NCBI GenBank assembly: GCA_951406725.2
Contig: OX597814.1
Location: 53,692,001 to 53,756,000 of the forward strand
DNA length: 64,000 bases
Direction of reading: 5' to 3'
DNA from: Octopus vulgaris
Lineage: Eukaryota
The position numbers and the translations under genes were made by a program. Below the pieces are notes generated by a model, which was not told where the DNA came from, did not search any database, and was given only the letters and a program-made list of their open reading frames with translations. Below, piece after piece: positions 11,374-24,900 of the stretch (position 1 is the stretch's first letter; each line of letters opens with the position of its first letter).

Positions 11374-11960
11374 TCGATAACATGTGGCATCATCTTCTTT
11401 ACCACCAAGTGTATCCCACGGCAGTGTGTTGGTGGATCCAAATTCCTCAATAACATTACTGGAGTTCCCACTTTAAGTTCCAATTTGTGGGGAGATAGTC
11501 CTGGAGGCTCCAATGAATTGAGAAATTCTGTTGGATAATTTACCACCCTTTCTGGATCTGGGATTGTATCAACTGACTTTTAGATGTGAGTACTTCTAGG
11601 AAGTTACTGCAGCAGATGCTCATTAATTTTACTTACAGTGCTGTTTTTAGAAACCAGTATTGCTCTTTCACACAGCCAGTTGAGATTGTGATAATTTTTT
11701 GACCAATGGATGTTGGTCAAATGGATGTTCTCTTAAAGTTACTTCGCAAATCGTTACCTACCTTCTCCACGTAACTCAGGAAAGGCTGCTTTCTGCTCCC
11801 AGTGGGCCCGTTGCTCATTATATGAAACCTCTTAAGAGTCTAAAACCATCTCTGGAACATAAATAATGTATGTTCCCAGTTTGGATAAAATCAGTTGTAA
11901 AATTCAGAAGTTATACAGGTTTACACACATACACACAACCTCCATTTTATATATAGAATG
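11374..11960 (-). mobile_element. Non-autonomous Helitron with PIF1-family helicase fragment
   Basis: WLCERAIL...YPTEFLNSLEPPGLSPHKLELKVGTPVMLLRNLDPP at 11374-11700; Helitron-like 5' end TC..CTATATATAAAA followed by a (TG) tract near 11960. Confidence 0.85.
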
Positions 11961-11964
11961 AAAT

Positions 11965-11995
<31 letters not shown>

Positions 11996-11997
11996 TA

Positions 11998-12068
<71 letters not shown>

Positions 12069-12169
12069 TTGTGTGCGTGCGTATGTGTATTACTGAGATA
12101 TGAGACAGTTGGTTTTGACAGACCATGAAATATTAAAATTAGCAGAGTCAAAGGAAATGAAAACTGATA

Positions 12170-12350
12170 ATAAATTTCCGTATAGTAATTTATCACTATG
12201 GTAAATATTCCTTTAATGCTCTTCAGGAGCCACCTCTTTTAATATCTGATGAATTCGAATGAATTGTTTCCGTAAAGATTATTTCAGCCTCAGGATGAAA
12301 GATCTTGCAAGTGGAAGTATTAAAGATATTCACATCGTGATATTTTCTTC
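12170..12350. pseudogene. Decayed coding-like segment, paralog of 14560-14755 (unknown family)
   Basis: Alignable with 14560-14755 with differences concentrated at every third base; - frame VNIFNTSTCKIFHPEAEIIFTETIHSNSSDIKRGGS*. Confidence 0.4.
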
Positions 12351-12740
12351 AACGGAAAGTAGAAATCTGTCAATACTTTGAAAGTATAAATATCCATTTA
12401 ATGCAAGGTGCATTAGGTTCGTGGATATTTAGTAAATAGATGTCAACGATACGAGGATATCGGGTCAATGTACATTTTTTAAAAATCAGTTTCAGTCACT
12501 GATAATGGAAGGTCTTGGATACGAAGCATCAAATTATATAAAATTCAGTCGTAGCCAGTGAATGTGAAATGCTAAGATGACTGACGCATCTAACTTGCAT
12601 TGTTTTCTATATATTTCGGAAGTTAAAAATACGTTAATGAGAATGAGGTTCAATAGCTAAAGAAGAGCATGAAAAGATATTAATAAACATCATTTTCAGA
12701 AATGCTAGACAAGCAAAATCAAGCGTATAGTTTTGGTGGT

Positions 12741-12820
<80 letters not shown>

Positions 12821-12849
12821 CCACCACCATCACCACCACATCCACCAAA

Positions 12850-13795
12850 ATGGGCTATGATAGTAACGAAACGAAGAAAATTTATTAGAGCAGAAGGTAT
12901 AAGCATGCTGAGTGGTGAAACAATGAAAGCAACTGAACCTAAATCTGGATACAGATACCTATGAATACTTGAGCCAGATGGAATTAAGCTTGCTGGTATA
13001 AATGAAGAGACAAAGGAAGAATATTTGTGGCGATTGAGAAAGATTTTGGGTTCAAATTGAATGCCAGAAACATAACTTCGGCAAGAAACTCACGCGCAGT
13101 TGCAATGGTTCGACATGGAGCTGGAAGCCTGAAGTGGACAGAGGATGGGCAAACGGATTTGGACAGGAAGACAAGAATGTTCGTAACAATGGATTGAGCC
13201 CATCATTCATGTGCAAAAATTGATCGTCTGTACATGAAGAGAGCAAATGGAAGAAAGAGCTGATAAGTTTGGAAGACTGTGCGCATATTGAACACAGGAA
13301 CTTGCTAAGATATCTAACCCAAAGGGAGGAAACCTTGTTAGTGGCAGTTAAAATGAGGGCATATGGAAAACAGGAAAAATTAAAGAACAAAACAAAAAGT
13401 ACACAAAGGACATGAAGAAGCACTACTCATCAAGGGAGTACACAATCAAATCAGTGTAGCTATAAATGACGTTGCTGCAGAACATGGGTGGGTCACTTAA
13501 GGAACGCTTAAAAATGAGACTGAGAGCACTACACTTGCAGCGCAAGACCAAGCCACAAATTGGAGTGTCAGCCTTAGAAATGAGCAGAAATTATGCTGAA
13601 TTTGTAATAGAGTTGACGAAACTATTGCCCATATTTTGAATGAGTGCCCTCGACATGTCCGGCAATATGATTAGGTAGCGACAAGTTATGGCAATATGAT
13701 TAGGTAGCGAAAGTACGATCAGAATCATCAAAGTATTAGATAGTTGAAGAAAACAGATAGCATGCTACTCATGCAAGACTCCAGGAGGTCCAACA
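12850..13795 (+). mobile_element. Old, degraded R4/Dong-like LINE fragment between (TAG)n tracts
   Basis: Relics GYRYL, KEEYLWRLRKIL, LKNETESTTLAAQDQA and C..VDETIAHILNECP, collinear with the element at 16778-18829. Confidence 0.75.
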
Positions 13796-13802
13796 AATCA
13801 GG

Positions 13803-13919
<117 letters not shown>

Positions 13920-14118
13920 CAGCAGCAGCAGCAGCCGTTCAAGAATTTGGACCCAGTGGTGTCGAGCGTCAACGAAAAGCCCTCGACTACAACAAGACCA
14001 CCAAAGTTTTTTTTTCCAAGGTCTGGGGTCTCCTACCCCTAAGCCCTAGACCATCGCCTAATCACCCTTACCCGTCTTGTTGCTTAGCAACAACAGCAGC
14101 AGCAGCAGCAGCAGTAGC

Positions 14119-14179
<61 letters not shown>

Positions 14180-14275
14180 TAATGCATTTTTGGCAACAAG
14201 TTCAAAAATTACTGTTACGATAAGAGTGTTTTGCTACACTATCTAAATTTACGTGTGTGTGTGCGTGTGTGTGTG

Positions 14276-14447
<172 letters not shown>

Positions 14448-14559
14448 AGATATCTTAGTCCAACATAAAATAATTGGCTTCTATGAAGTATGAAACACTT
14501 AATTTTTTTCAGAATCAAGTGAAGTGAAATAGCATCGGTTCAGAATCGAAACTCCAGAA

Positions 14560-14755
14560 ATTACTCGGCAGAAAATTTATCACTGTGGTGTTCACTAGAG
14601 ATACATTAAATATTCTTTTAATCCTTTTCAGGAGCCACTTTTTGCAATATCAGATGAATTCATGTGTATCGTCTCCTTGAAGATTACTTCGGCCTCAGGG
14701 CGGAAGATCTTACAAGTAGAAATATTAAAGATATTCACAGCTTGTGATGTTTTCT
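14560..14755. pseudogene. Coding-like segment, paralog of 12170-12350 (unknown family)
   Basis: - frame VNIFNISTCKIFRPEAEVIFKETIHMNSSDIAKSGS*; the + strand also has a good acceptor (ccttttcag|G at 14631) followed by 45 open codons. Confidence 0.4.
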
Positions 14756-14889
14756 ATATACGTTTGTAGTCAGGAATAGATTACCAACTGGATACAATCC
14801 ATCAATAATCTAAGTGCTTTCTGTTGATAATGTTCTTACGTTTCTATTTTCAGCTTTTTTCAGCACGCCGCCTTAATAATAATAATAAG

Positions 14890-15286
14890 CCTTTCTACTA
14901 TAGGCGCAAGGCCTGAAATTTGGTGGGAGGGGACTAGTGGATAACATCTACCCCAGTGTTTCACTGACACTTAATCTATTGACCCCCAAAAGGATGAAAA
15001 GCAAAGTCGACCTCAGCGGAATTTGAACTTACAATGGAGCGACGGGCGAAATACCTATTTCTTTACTACCCACAAGGGGCTAAACAAAGAGGGGACAAAC
15101 AAGGACAGACAAACGGATTAAGTCGATTATATCGACCCCAGTGCGTAACTAGTACTTATTTAATCGACCCCGAAAGGATGAAAGGCAAAGTCGACCTCGG
15201 CGGAATTTGAACTCAGAACGTAGCGGCAGGCGAAATACCGCTAAACATTTCGTCCAGCGTGCAAACGATCCAGCCCACTCGCCGCC

Positions 15287-15288
<2 letters not shown>
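14890..15288 (-). mobile_element. Two adjacent or nested Nin/Deu-domain SINE copies (family C)
   Basis: Two copies of CGACCCCGAAAGGATGAAAGGCAAAGTCGACCTC (reverse of the Nin/Deu domain); head GGCGGCGAG at 15286. Confidence 0.8.
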
Positions 15289-15358
<70 letters not shown>

Positions 15359-15903
15359 GATACAATACCAGGTAGTGGCTCTCATGATTTCTGATCTTAA
15401 CTGATTGGAAGTTTATGTACATTGTTTTGTCTTGGTATAAAAGATGGGCTACAGCAAATATTCTGCTTAATACCACAGATTTGCTTGTCAGTTGCTTGTC
15501 CTTAACCAGTTGAGGATGTCCCTTAGTGGCTGACGATATGTGCATCTTTGATCACAAGCAGAAGTAGAGTGGGAGCATCATAGCCATGTGCTGAGAGGAA
15601 ATTGTTGGGGTTTGGATAATTCACCTTTGGAAACGTGGGTGTTTTGTTCAACATCCTTAAACAACCCTTATTCAGGAACATCTTGAGCGGGATGGGCTAC
15701 TCAACCTGAAGAAAATTCTAACTGGGCCCCACCTGCAAGGTCACGTACTGTTTATCTTGATATGAGATCACCATGTCGCACACATATGGTTGTGATGCAT
15801 GTGCCTGGTGTATCCTTATCAGACGGGTAGTCATGATGGGTATACTGGGCTTCGTATATTTTACCCCAGTGTCACTTTGATGGTATGCACTGCTCTCTCA
15901 CTC
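15359..15903 (+). mobile_element. Non-autonomous ~550-bp TAA-associated retroelement
   Basis: Reverse complement of the four copies at 36388-39233; flanked by (AAT)n on both sides; no ORF. Confidence 0.8.
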
Positions 15904-16008
<105 letters not shown>

Positions 16009-16011
16009 CAT

Positions 16012-16424
16012 TAGGCTTACGACATGTTACTGCATTTGTGGATTTTGGGAACTCTCGACACGTGTGGAGTAGCTGAGAGCGTGTGTGCACTGATTAAGAA
16101 CAGCATGCCTAGTTGGAAAACATCATTGCTGTAACAACCAGCACTTAGCGGAGGTAACAATTAAAAGAGGTATCTTCCAGAGAGACTCTTACTCACCTTT
16201 GTTATTTGTTATAGCCTTGATCCCACTTTCTGTAGTCCTACGCAAAGTCAACGCGCACTAGGAGCTGACAAAGAATGAACCCCAAGAATGGCGTAGCGAG
16301 CATTCAATACTGAAAGGTTCTGAGAGGTGGCCATTCAATTTGACGACCGAGAAGACGCCACTATATATTGTAGTGACCCAGTCTCTGAAGACGGGACCGA
16401 AACCGACAATAATCATAATAATAA
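16012..16424 (+). mobile_element. Internally deleted R4/Dong-like LINE (second family)
   Basis: AYDMLLHLWIL...IKRGIFQRDSYSPLLFVIALIPLS, then a short 3' end with an (AAT) tail. Confidence 0.75.
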
Positions 16425-16512
16425 TCTTTGGAGGAAGGGCCAAGAAGAAGAAGAAGAAGAAGAAGAAGAAGAAGAAGAAGAAGAAGAAGAAGAAGAAGAA
16501 GAAGAAGAAGAA

Positions 16513-16715
16513 TACTTTGTCTTATATGCACAAGTCCTGAAATTTTGGAGAAGGGGACTACTCGATTACTTCGATCCTAGTGCTTCACTTGTACTTAATT
16601 TATCGACCCCGAAAGGATGAAAGGCAAAGTCGAAATTGAACTCAGAACATGAAGACGGACGAAATGTCGCTAAACATTTTGCCCGACGTGCTAACGACTC
16701 TGCCAGCTCGCCGCC

Positions 16716-16717
<2 letters not shown>
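16513..16717 (-). mobile_element. Nin/Deu-domain SINE (family C)
   Basis: Same family as 14890-15288 and 46723-46950. Confidence 0.8.
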
Positions 16718-16777
<60 letters not shown>

Positions 16778-16779
<2 letters not shown>

Positions 16780-18826
16780 AGCATCCCCCACACATGGATC
16801 CTCGAAACACTAGCCATTAACAAAGTAGCACCAACAATCATAAAATTCATAGAGCACTCTATGAATAAATGGCAAACAGTCCTACACCTCCAAACAAAAG
16901 AGGGACTCATGAAAACCAAAGACATCCTCATTAGAAGAGGAATATTCCAGGGAGACACGCTCTCTCCACTCCTTTTCTGCTTTGCACTGTCACCTCTATC
17001 TGATATACTAAATAGAACTGGATGCGAATATAAATGTTACGGCAAAACGATCAGCCACCTTTTATATATGGATGACCTAAAACTATACGCTGCAAATGAC
17101 AAACAGCTGGAAACACTATTAAAGACAGTTCATGGATTTACCAAAGAAATAGATATGAAATTTGGATTAGAAAAATGCGCCAAAGTAACCATGAAAAGAG
17201 GAAAACTAGTTAAGAGTAACAACATCACACTAGATAAAACCAATGAAATAAAAGAATTAGACCAAAGCCAAACTTACAAATACTTAGGAATCCATGAACT
17301 AGATAAGACACAACACGCACAAATGAAAGAGAAAAAAAAAAAAGAATATTATAGACGAGTTAGATCAATACTAAAAACAGAGCTCAATGCTAAAAACAAG
17401 ATAATAGGTATCAACACTTTAGCTGTCCCAGTTATAAGTTACAGCTACAATATCCTTAACTGGACACGAAATGAACTGACCAAAATAGATAGGAAAACAA
17501 GAAAAATAATGACAGGATCTAGGATGCATCACCCAAAATCTGACATAGAAAGACTATATATACAACGTATAGAAGGTGGTAGAGGCCTTATACAGCTGGA
17601 AAACTACTATAAAATAACCACCATAGGACTACAAAAATATCTACTTCAGAAGGAAGGAAAACTGATCCAGATAGCGGCAAAACACGAGCAAAACAAAAAA
17701 CTGTTCTCAGTATTTAAGGAAGCTGACAAATACAAACAAGAAATCATACCACCTAATAAACATGAAGAAGAAGAAGAAGAAGAAGAAGAAGAAGAAGAAG
17801 AAGAAGAAGAAGAAGAAGAAGAAGAAGAAGAAGAAGAAGAAGAAGAAGAAGAAGAAGAAGAAAGAAGAAGAAGAAGAAGAAGAAGAAGAAGAAGAAGAAG
17901 AAGAAGAAGAAGAAGAAGATGAAGAAACAACAAAAGCTATAAAACAAATGAAATCCAAACTAAAAATAGAACAGCAACGAACCATGATAAAACGATGGCA
18001 AGAAAAGCCCCTTCATGGTAAATACTGGACTAAACTAAACGCAAAAGAAATAGACAAAGAAAAATCCCAGCAATGGTTGAGAAGCTCAGGACTCAAAGCA
18101 GAAACAGAGGGATTTTTAATTGCAGCACAAGACCAAAGCCTCCCCACCAGAAATTACCAAAAACATGTAATGAAAAGAAATATTACAAGTAACTGCAGAA
18201 TATGTGGAGATGGACAAGAAACAATAAATCATATTATCTCTAGCTGCCCAGTCCTGGCTAAGAAGGATACATACATTGGAAGCTATGCCAACATTATGGA
18301 ATAACAACAGAAAAAAGATGGTATAGGCACACACCAGAAAAGGTCACAGAAAACGAGAAAGCAACCATACTCTGGGATATGCCGATACACACAGATAGAG
18401 AAATTAAGGCCAACAGACCAGATATAGTTGTCAGAGATCATGAAGAAAAAAAATGCTTTCTAATTGATGTATCAATACCGGCAGATGACAACGTGTCTCT
18501 AAAAGAAATGGAGAAACTCTCAAAATACAAAGACCTGGAAATAGAGGTAACTAGAATGTGGAATCTGAAAACAGAAACAATTCCTATCATAGTAGGTGCA
18601 TTAGGCATGATAAAAAAATATTCAGACAAATACATAACAAAAACACCAGGACTTACAAACACATATAACATACAGAAAATTGCACTACTAGGCACTGCAC
18701 ACATCCTACGCAGAACACTTTCCATACAATAACCATCAGAGCATCACAACAAATCACAGCACATACCCAAGGCACACAGAGCTGCGCTCGGTAGTGAAGT
18801 GAAAGCACGCTATAAAAATAAAACTA

Positions 18827-18829
<3 letters not shown>
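16778..18829 (+). mobile_element. 5'-truncated R4/Dong-clade non-LTR retrotransposon (RT, CCHC knuckle, restriction-like endonuclease) in (TAA)n
   Basis: RRGIFQGDTLSPLLF, HLLYMDDLKLY, YKYLG, CRICGDGQETINHIISSC, RPDIV, IDVSIP, EKLSKYKDL; (TAA)n on both flanks; frameshift in an internal (GAA)n tract and a deletion near 18270. Confidence 0.92.
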
Positions 18830-18883
<54 letters not shown>

Positions 18884-19545
18884 CAGAGTGATTATGATGA
18901 AGATAATGATGAGGTTTGGTGATGGTTGTGATGATTAGGAAGTGGATGATGATGACGATAATGATGACCTCTTAAAAATAAAACAATAAACCTGATGCAT
19001 GCAAAAGAACTTCGATCTATCTACTGTCTTCTTTTCATCTCAACAATTTTCCTTTTCTTTCTTTTTTGCACAGCATGCAGATACCATGCAGAAAAATAAT
19101 TAAGATTCAAAATCGTGTGATTAAATTAATGATATGTGCAGATTTTGCCACAACCAAGACGTCTTACTGATCTTATCCATGACTGACGCAGAATTTTTTT
19201 TTTCAAGTTGTAATAATTATTTCATGACCGCAGACGTCATTTTCGTAACTCAGACGTAAACAGTCTTCACTGCGATGCCTTCACAACGCTTGCAATTCAA
19301 TAATTGCTCGACTCTATCAAGAGAAAAGCAGTTCCTTTGTTGAAAGAGTTTTACTTACATATTTAAATGTAATTTGTATAACCTATCGAGATAAACGAAA
19401 TTTACAAACACTGATGTTAATTTTTGTTAATGTGAAAAAAAAATTGCTACTCATACAAAATGATACTGTTGTTTATAGACAGTATCATTTTGTATGAGCA
19501 ACATCATTTTGCATGTCGCCTGTGTGTCGACATATAGCGAGGATA

Positions 19546-19618
<73 letters not shown>

Positions 19619-19629
19619 GCAAAGAAAGC

Positions 19630-20960
19630 TTGCAAGTTGTGCAACATAATTACATCTTGTGTTGGCTGATGTTTCTTTTGGGAATATTGTTGTGTTGGAA
19701 ATTACCACCACCCATCACTCAATTCGTCGTTGTAAGTGACTTCTACGACTGCATTTACTGTTAAAGTTCATCAACATCGAGCTTGTGGATTGGAACTTGG
19801 AATATTTAAGGGATCAAGGGGTAGGGTCTGTGTAAAAATAATATGTAAAATACGTAGGTTAGTAATAACAGGAGTGACTTTTTCTCCAGAGGTTGGTCAG
19901 AGTGACTGCAAGTTGGTGTTTACATTACTTCAGGAGATTAGCGGGCAATCTATCAGGGCCTACAGCAGAATTCTATTTGACCTCATTTATTGCTGCTATG
20001 ATGTCTGAAGTAATGAAAGTTATGTCCGAGATTTTATATTGGGAATCAACTTCGTTCGCTTCCCTTACGTCAATATCAGTGGGATCACTAAAGACAGAGC
20101 AGTATTGTTTCTGCAGTATCTCTGTCATTTCTTTAGCATCGTGTTGGGGAATGCCGTTATCATCGATTAATAGCCCAGTGGGTGCTTATTTGCACAAGAA
20201 TAGAACACTTTAGGGTTCTGTTTCAATTTTTTTTGATTACTCACTGTTCCTCTGCAACTCTTTGATTTTCAATGGAGGTTTTCATGTCGGTCTGCAGATG
20301 AGGTTTTTCTGACTCCAGCCTTTTCATTGTTGTTGAATGTGGATGTTGTATGTGGGAGTATTTTAATTGGTTAATTTTTTTATTGAGTCTTTTGATGCGC
20401 CTGATGAGTGTTTTTTTTTTCGTTCTATGGGAGCCGGTTTCTGTTTGTGTTAGTAGATTTCGTAGGAGCGTGTTTTGAGCATATTAAGGTGACAATGTTC
20501 TCAAAGTGCTACCATGCAGTTTCAATGTGAGTGGAACTCAGAGTGAAGGACCAGTCGATGAAGGACAGATCTTTTCTGATTGCTCCCCAGTCCGCTTTGT
20601 GGAAGTTTATGATGTCAAATATGTGCAGTGGAGTGGGATTGGCTGGTTTGGTGTTGATATGCAGGGAATTAAAATTGCAGAGTATCATGTCGTCGTCTGA
20701 GGGGAGAGTTTTTTCAACTGAAATACTGTGAACGGAACTAGAGTGGCTGGTTAATAATAGATCCAAGATCATTTTATTCTGTCTTGTTGGTTCGAGCACT
20801 ATCTGAGTCAGGAAAACTTTATCCATTAGATTAAAGAGTAATTCTGCTGCTGCTTTATCTGATGTAGAGCATTTGCCTAATTTCAGAGTATTTGTGGGTT
20901 TATATGAGGGAGGTTAAAATCACCCATCACTAGTATGTTTCCGGAGTTGTATTTTTTTGA
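19630..20960 (-). mobile_element. Degraded APE-type LINE (CR1/L2-like), internally deleted
   Basis: ILVMGDFNLP, LTQIVLEPTRQNKMILDLLLT, NFHKADW, SAVGPDRLPANLLK. Confidence 0.8.
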
Positions 20961-21228
20961 AGGAAGGACTTCAAGGAGCGATCTCAAGATTAATCAGCCG
21001 AAATTGCTACGATGATCCGGTTCTTGACTGAAGATTGAAGGCTTCGAATGTCCCGTCCGTGTTTTTTGTATCGTCTTCTAAATGTTTTACGTTCTTGTCC
21101 CAGTTTGTATTTTTCTACATATGATAATAATATATATAGCGGCGTCCGTACCCTCGTTGGCACTTATGTAAGTGTATATATATATATATATATTGGAGAA
21201 ATTGCACAAAATCTCTCTAGTGAGACGT

Positions 21229-21285
21229 TTTATTGGTGTACCTGAAGAGATCCAGAACGGGTCGAAACGTGTTGTACCCAATAAA
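21229..21285 (+). ncRNA. Minimal type I hammerhead ribozyme motif
   Basis: tttattggtgtac-CTGAAGA-gatcc(agaac)gggtc-GAAA-cgtg-TT-gtacccaataaa; long stem I, near-palindromic stem III. Confidence 0.7.
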
Positions 21286-21327
21286 GTCTATTACAAAATC
21301 CATCTCCTATTTTATTTATACTGTTAA

Positions 21328-21372
<45 letters not shown>

Positions 21373-21624
21373 TGCGTACGTGTGTGTGTATGTATGTATG
21401 TATGTATGTATGTATGCATGCATGCATGCATGCATGTATGTATGTATGTATGTATGTATGTATGTATGTATGTATGTATGTATGTATGTATGCATGTATG
21501 TATGTATTGTTGCAAACTGCGGCCTCCTGGTGCCACTAACATTGCTCCAACAGTCAAGTCAATAGCTCGGAAACTGTAGGCCAGCCCAGCAAGACAACTT
21601 ATTTAAAGTGGAAAAAAGAACTCG

Positions 21625-21790
21625 ACCAACCGTTGACATCAACTGACCGAAACCAACTGCTCACGTCGCCTACCCTATTCACATCAACCGCCCGCCACCA
21701 ACTGCCGCATCAACGGTCCGACACCAACTTCCAGACAACAACTACCCGACACCAACTTCCCGACACCAAATGCCCAACATCAACTGACTG
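21625..21790. repeat. Degenerate ~14-bp tandem repeat (CCGACACCAACT core)
   Basis: Units at 21718, 21732, 21746, 21760 and 21774 plus weaker upstream copies. Confidence 0.75.
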
Positions 21791-22125
21791 CTGTACGTTC
21801 ACTCACTGCTATTTATAATCCTCCACGCAAAAAAACTGTGCAGTATGCTTTAAAGTCACGTAACCAAAATGAATTAGAATTAACTATTAATTCATTATTG
21901 ATCTTCCCTTGCAGAACAAGAGGGCAGTAGTTTAATTTCGCGTAGTACCATTTGAAATTATATTCACATTATTCCTAGTTCGTATCTATACATATATTAC
22001 TTATTATATATTGATTATTCATTTTTATACTTTTTGTGATCTAGTTATATGTTTTATAAAAATATATTTTATTTGTTATTTATATTTTGGCTTATGTCTA
22101 TCATTGTTTGAATTGCATAATAGTG

Positions 22126-22204
<79 letters not shown>

Positions 22205-22487
22205 GATAGAGTATATCTGGTGTTATTTGGCTGCCATTTCTAGCTACAGCACTGACCATGTAGAAGGTATTACCTGTCCCTTCACATTAAATCAATTGAC
22301 AAGAGAGAAAGGGGTGAACACACTCGCTAATACACTAACAACAGTACGTGACACACACATACTGCATTAACTTCCATATATTTTTCATAAACAACCAAAA
22401 CTACGTTGAATGATGATTATCTTCTGTCCATTAAAAGAATATAAGTCCAAATTTGCGGCCAACATATATCTGAGTCTAAAGACTTTT

Positions 22488-22581
22488 CATGCCAAGTTAG
22501 AACATGATTGGTTGGCCGGTTTTTGTGTGCATTGGTAACAAACAGACAAAAAAGCAATTTTATATATTATATATAGAGAGA

Positions 22582-22583
<2 letters not shown>
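22488..22583 (-). mobile_element. Helitron-like 5' terminus
   Basis: TCTCTCTATATATAATATATAAAA followed by a GTCTGTTTG tract, resembling the end at ~11960. Confidence 0.4.
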
Positions 22584-22676
<93 letters not shown>

Positions 22677-22759
22677 GTGTGTAGGTGCGTACGTGTGTGT
22701 GTGTGTGTATACATGACAGGTTTCTTTCCGTTTCCGTTCACCAAATTATTCTCCTGAAG

Positions 22760-23170
22760 AAAGAGCTGGTTTCTAGCAAAGATGCAAAGCTATCGTTAGA
22801 ATAGAGATACAAAAACAATATCACATTTTAAACTTGAGAAAGTCTTATATATTTTAAGTGTTCCACTTACAGATTGTATTTATAATGTGCGAGTTAGTCG
22901 GTTGATTTCTTTTTCTGAAAACCCCAGCTTATCCAGGTTTTCACTTAGGCATTTTCTCATAAATCCAAGTGCACCAATTATAATTAGTGTAAATGTGGAT
23001 TTATAACCTGGATATAAAAGCTGACGGTTATCCTCTGTCTCTTTGATTTTCAGAAAGATCTTCACGTCAGAAGGACAGCTGACTTCCATGACGTTACATA
23101 CTTTTTCTTGTCTGTCCCAAACAACATTATCCGTCTTGTTATGTTTACATTTGACAGATGTATTGATGAA
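22760..23170 (-). mobile_element. Degraded RLE-type LINE 3' end (endonuclease domain)
   Basis: KHNKTDNVVWD, MEVSCPSDV, IIIGALG motifs. Confidence 0.7.
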
Positions 23171-23829
23171 TGTATATTTACGTGCATCAGTATGTGTATG
23201 AAGAAAAGCCTGTATGCGTTTATATATGGGTAAGCATGTAGTGATTATGTATTAGGTGTCGAGAGAAGTGTATTACTTAAATACACAAGTATATGCGTAT
23301 GAGTACCTTTTTATTTCTGTGTATCTACGTGCGTGTGGTAATACTTGTATATATATGTATATACGTATATATGCAAACTTTTTCCATGTGTGTATATTTT
23401 TTCCACCTGTTTGTGTCAGTACTATGTGTTAGTACGTACATGATTTATTGCTTATTCTGTATACGTGAAGAAACATACACAAATTGCAGGTACACATGTT
23501 TGAGCAGGCATTTATACGCGAGGATGTGGGCGGAACGAAGAATGCAAATCTATCACGAAACCAATATCATATTCGTTGATCTTCCTATGCGGCGTACACC
23601 TATAACATGATGTTTTGTGTAAGAGGAAATACTTGAGGAAAGTAGAGCTGATGAATTGAATGCCATAGCTGACTGGCTTAGAAATGTTGACTGCTTTGTT
23701 TCCAATTTTATCAGCATGCATGTCGTGATAGCGTCGTGGTAAATTGTTAAGTCAAGTCCAAGGGACATGTTAGTTTCTTCTTTAAATTCATTTCGCTTCC
23801 CTTACACCTCATATTTTTGAATGGTAGTA

Positions 23830-24331
23830 CCGTATAGTCCGCCCTTGAGTATAATACGCAGGGGATTTTTAGGGGGCTGTACCTCTGACAAACCTAAACC
23901 TTGTGTATAATACGCACCCCTTCTCTTACTTGGGTCTAGGAGGCCTATATAACGTCCTTGGTTTGTAAAAACGTATACGGTAACGTCCTTTATTATTATT
24001 GTATATATAAAACTAATGCAAACGTGTAGCTTTTTTGTGCATTTTGTTTGCAGAAAATAAAGAAATAACAGTAATAACGTTTAATAAATGTTGCTTACTG
24101 CAAGTTATGGATGATTCTTTTATGACTTTATTGCTTTCAGGCTTAGCTTAAAGTATTTTCGCGCCCGACATCACAAAATGCGTCTGAATAAACATAGCCG
24201 GATAGCAAATAGAGACTCGGACATTGCTTAGAAAAAGATTTTCATTTTTAACCTCGTATATAGTACACACTAGGGATTTTGACCGTTAAATTGTAGGGGG
24301 GGGGATGCGGATTATACTCGAGGATTTACGG
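23830..24331. mobile_element. Tc2/pogo-like MITE (CCGTA termini, TA TSD)
   Basis: ta|CCGTA...TTGAGTATAATACGC and GCGGATTATACTCGAGGATTTACGG|ta. Confidence 0.7.
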
Positions 24332-24385
24332 TATAAATTTTGAGTAATCGGAATCTGAAGAAGCTAGTGACGGTCTGTGTCAGTA

Positions 24386-24729
24386 GTAGTAGGAGCACTC
24401 CGTCGGTTACGACGATGAGGGTCCCAGCTGATACGATCAACGGAACAGCTTGCTCGTGGAATTAACGTGCAAGTGGCGTAGTTCTCGAGGAGATTCAGCG
24501 TGACACAGAGTGTGACAAGGCTGGCCCTTTGAAATACAGAGTGAGAGAAAGAGTGAGAGAAAGTTGTGGTGAAAGAGTACAGCAGGGTTCACCACCACCC
24601 CCTGCAGGAGCCTTGTGAAGCTTTAGGTGTTTTCGCTCAATAAACACTCACAATGCCCGGTCTGGGAATCGAAACCGCGATCCTACGACCGCGAGTCCGC
24701 TTCCCTAACCACTGGGCCGTTGCGCCTCC
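24386..24729 (-). mobile_element. Full-length tRNA-derived SINE (family D) with 16-bp TSD
   Basis: A box GGCCCAGTGGTTAGG, B box GGTTTCGATTCCC; TSD ACGGTCTGTGTCAGTA at 24370-24385 and 24730-24745; (CTA)n tail. Confidence 0.9.
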
Positions 24730-24900
24730 ACGGTCTGTGTCAGTAACTACTAGGCTAATGAAGAGCCCGTAGAACAGCTCAATATTCAATTAGTATGGGA
24801 AGTGAAGTCTTTTGTCCGAACTTGACAAAGATGGAAATGTGTTGTCGCTTTAGTCAAAAGGTAACAAAGTCTATGAATGAATTTAATAAACTGAGCTCTA

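Noticed and set aside
16385-16410. CTGAAGA...GAAA hammerhead-like motif
   Set aside because: No valid stem II together with an intact GAAA, and no stem III or UH site
24655-24729. tRNA-like sequence
   Set aside because: Head of a SINE with body, tail and TSD, not a tRNA gene; the same applies to 5695-5750 and 59598-59670
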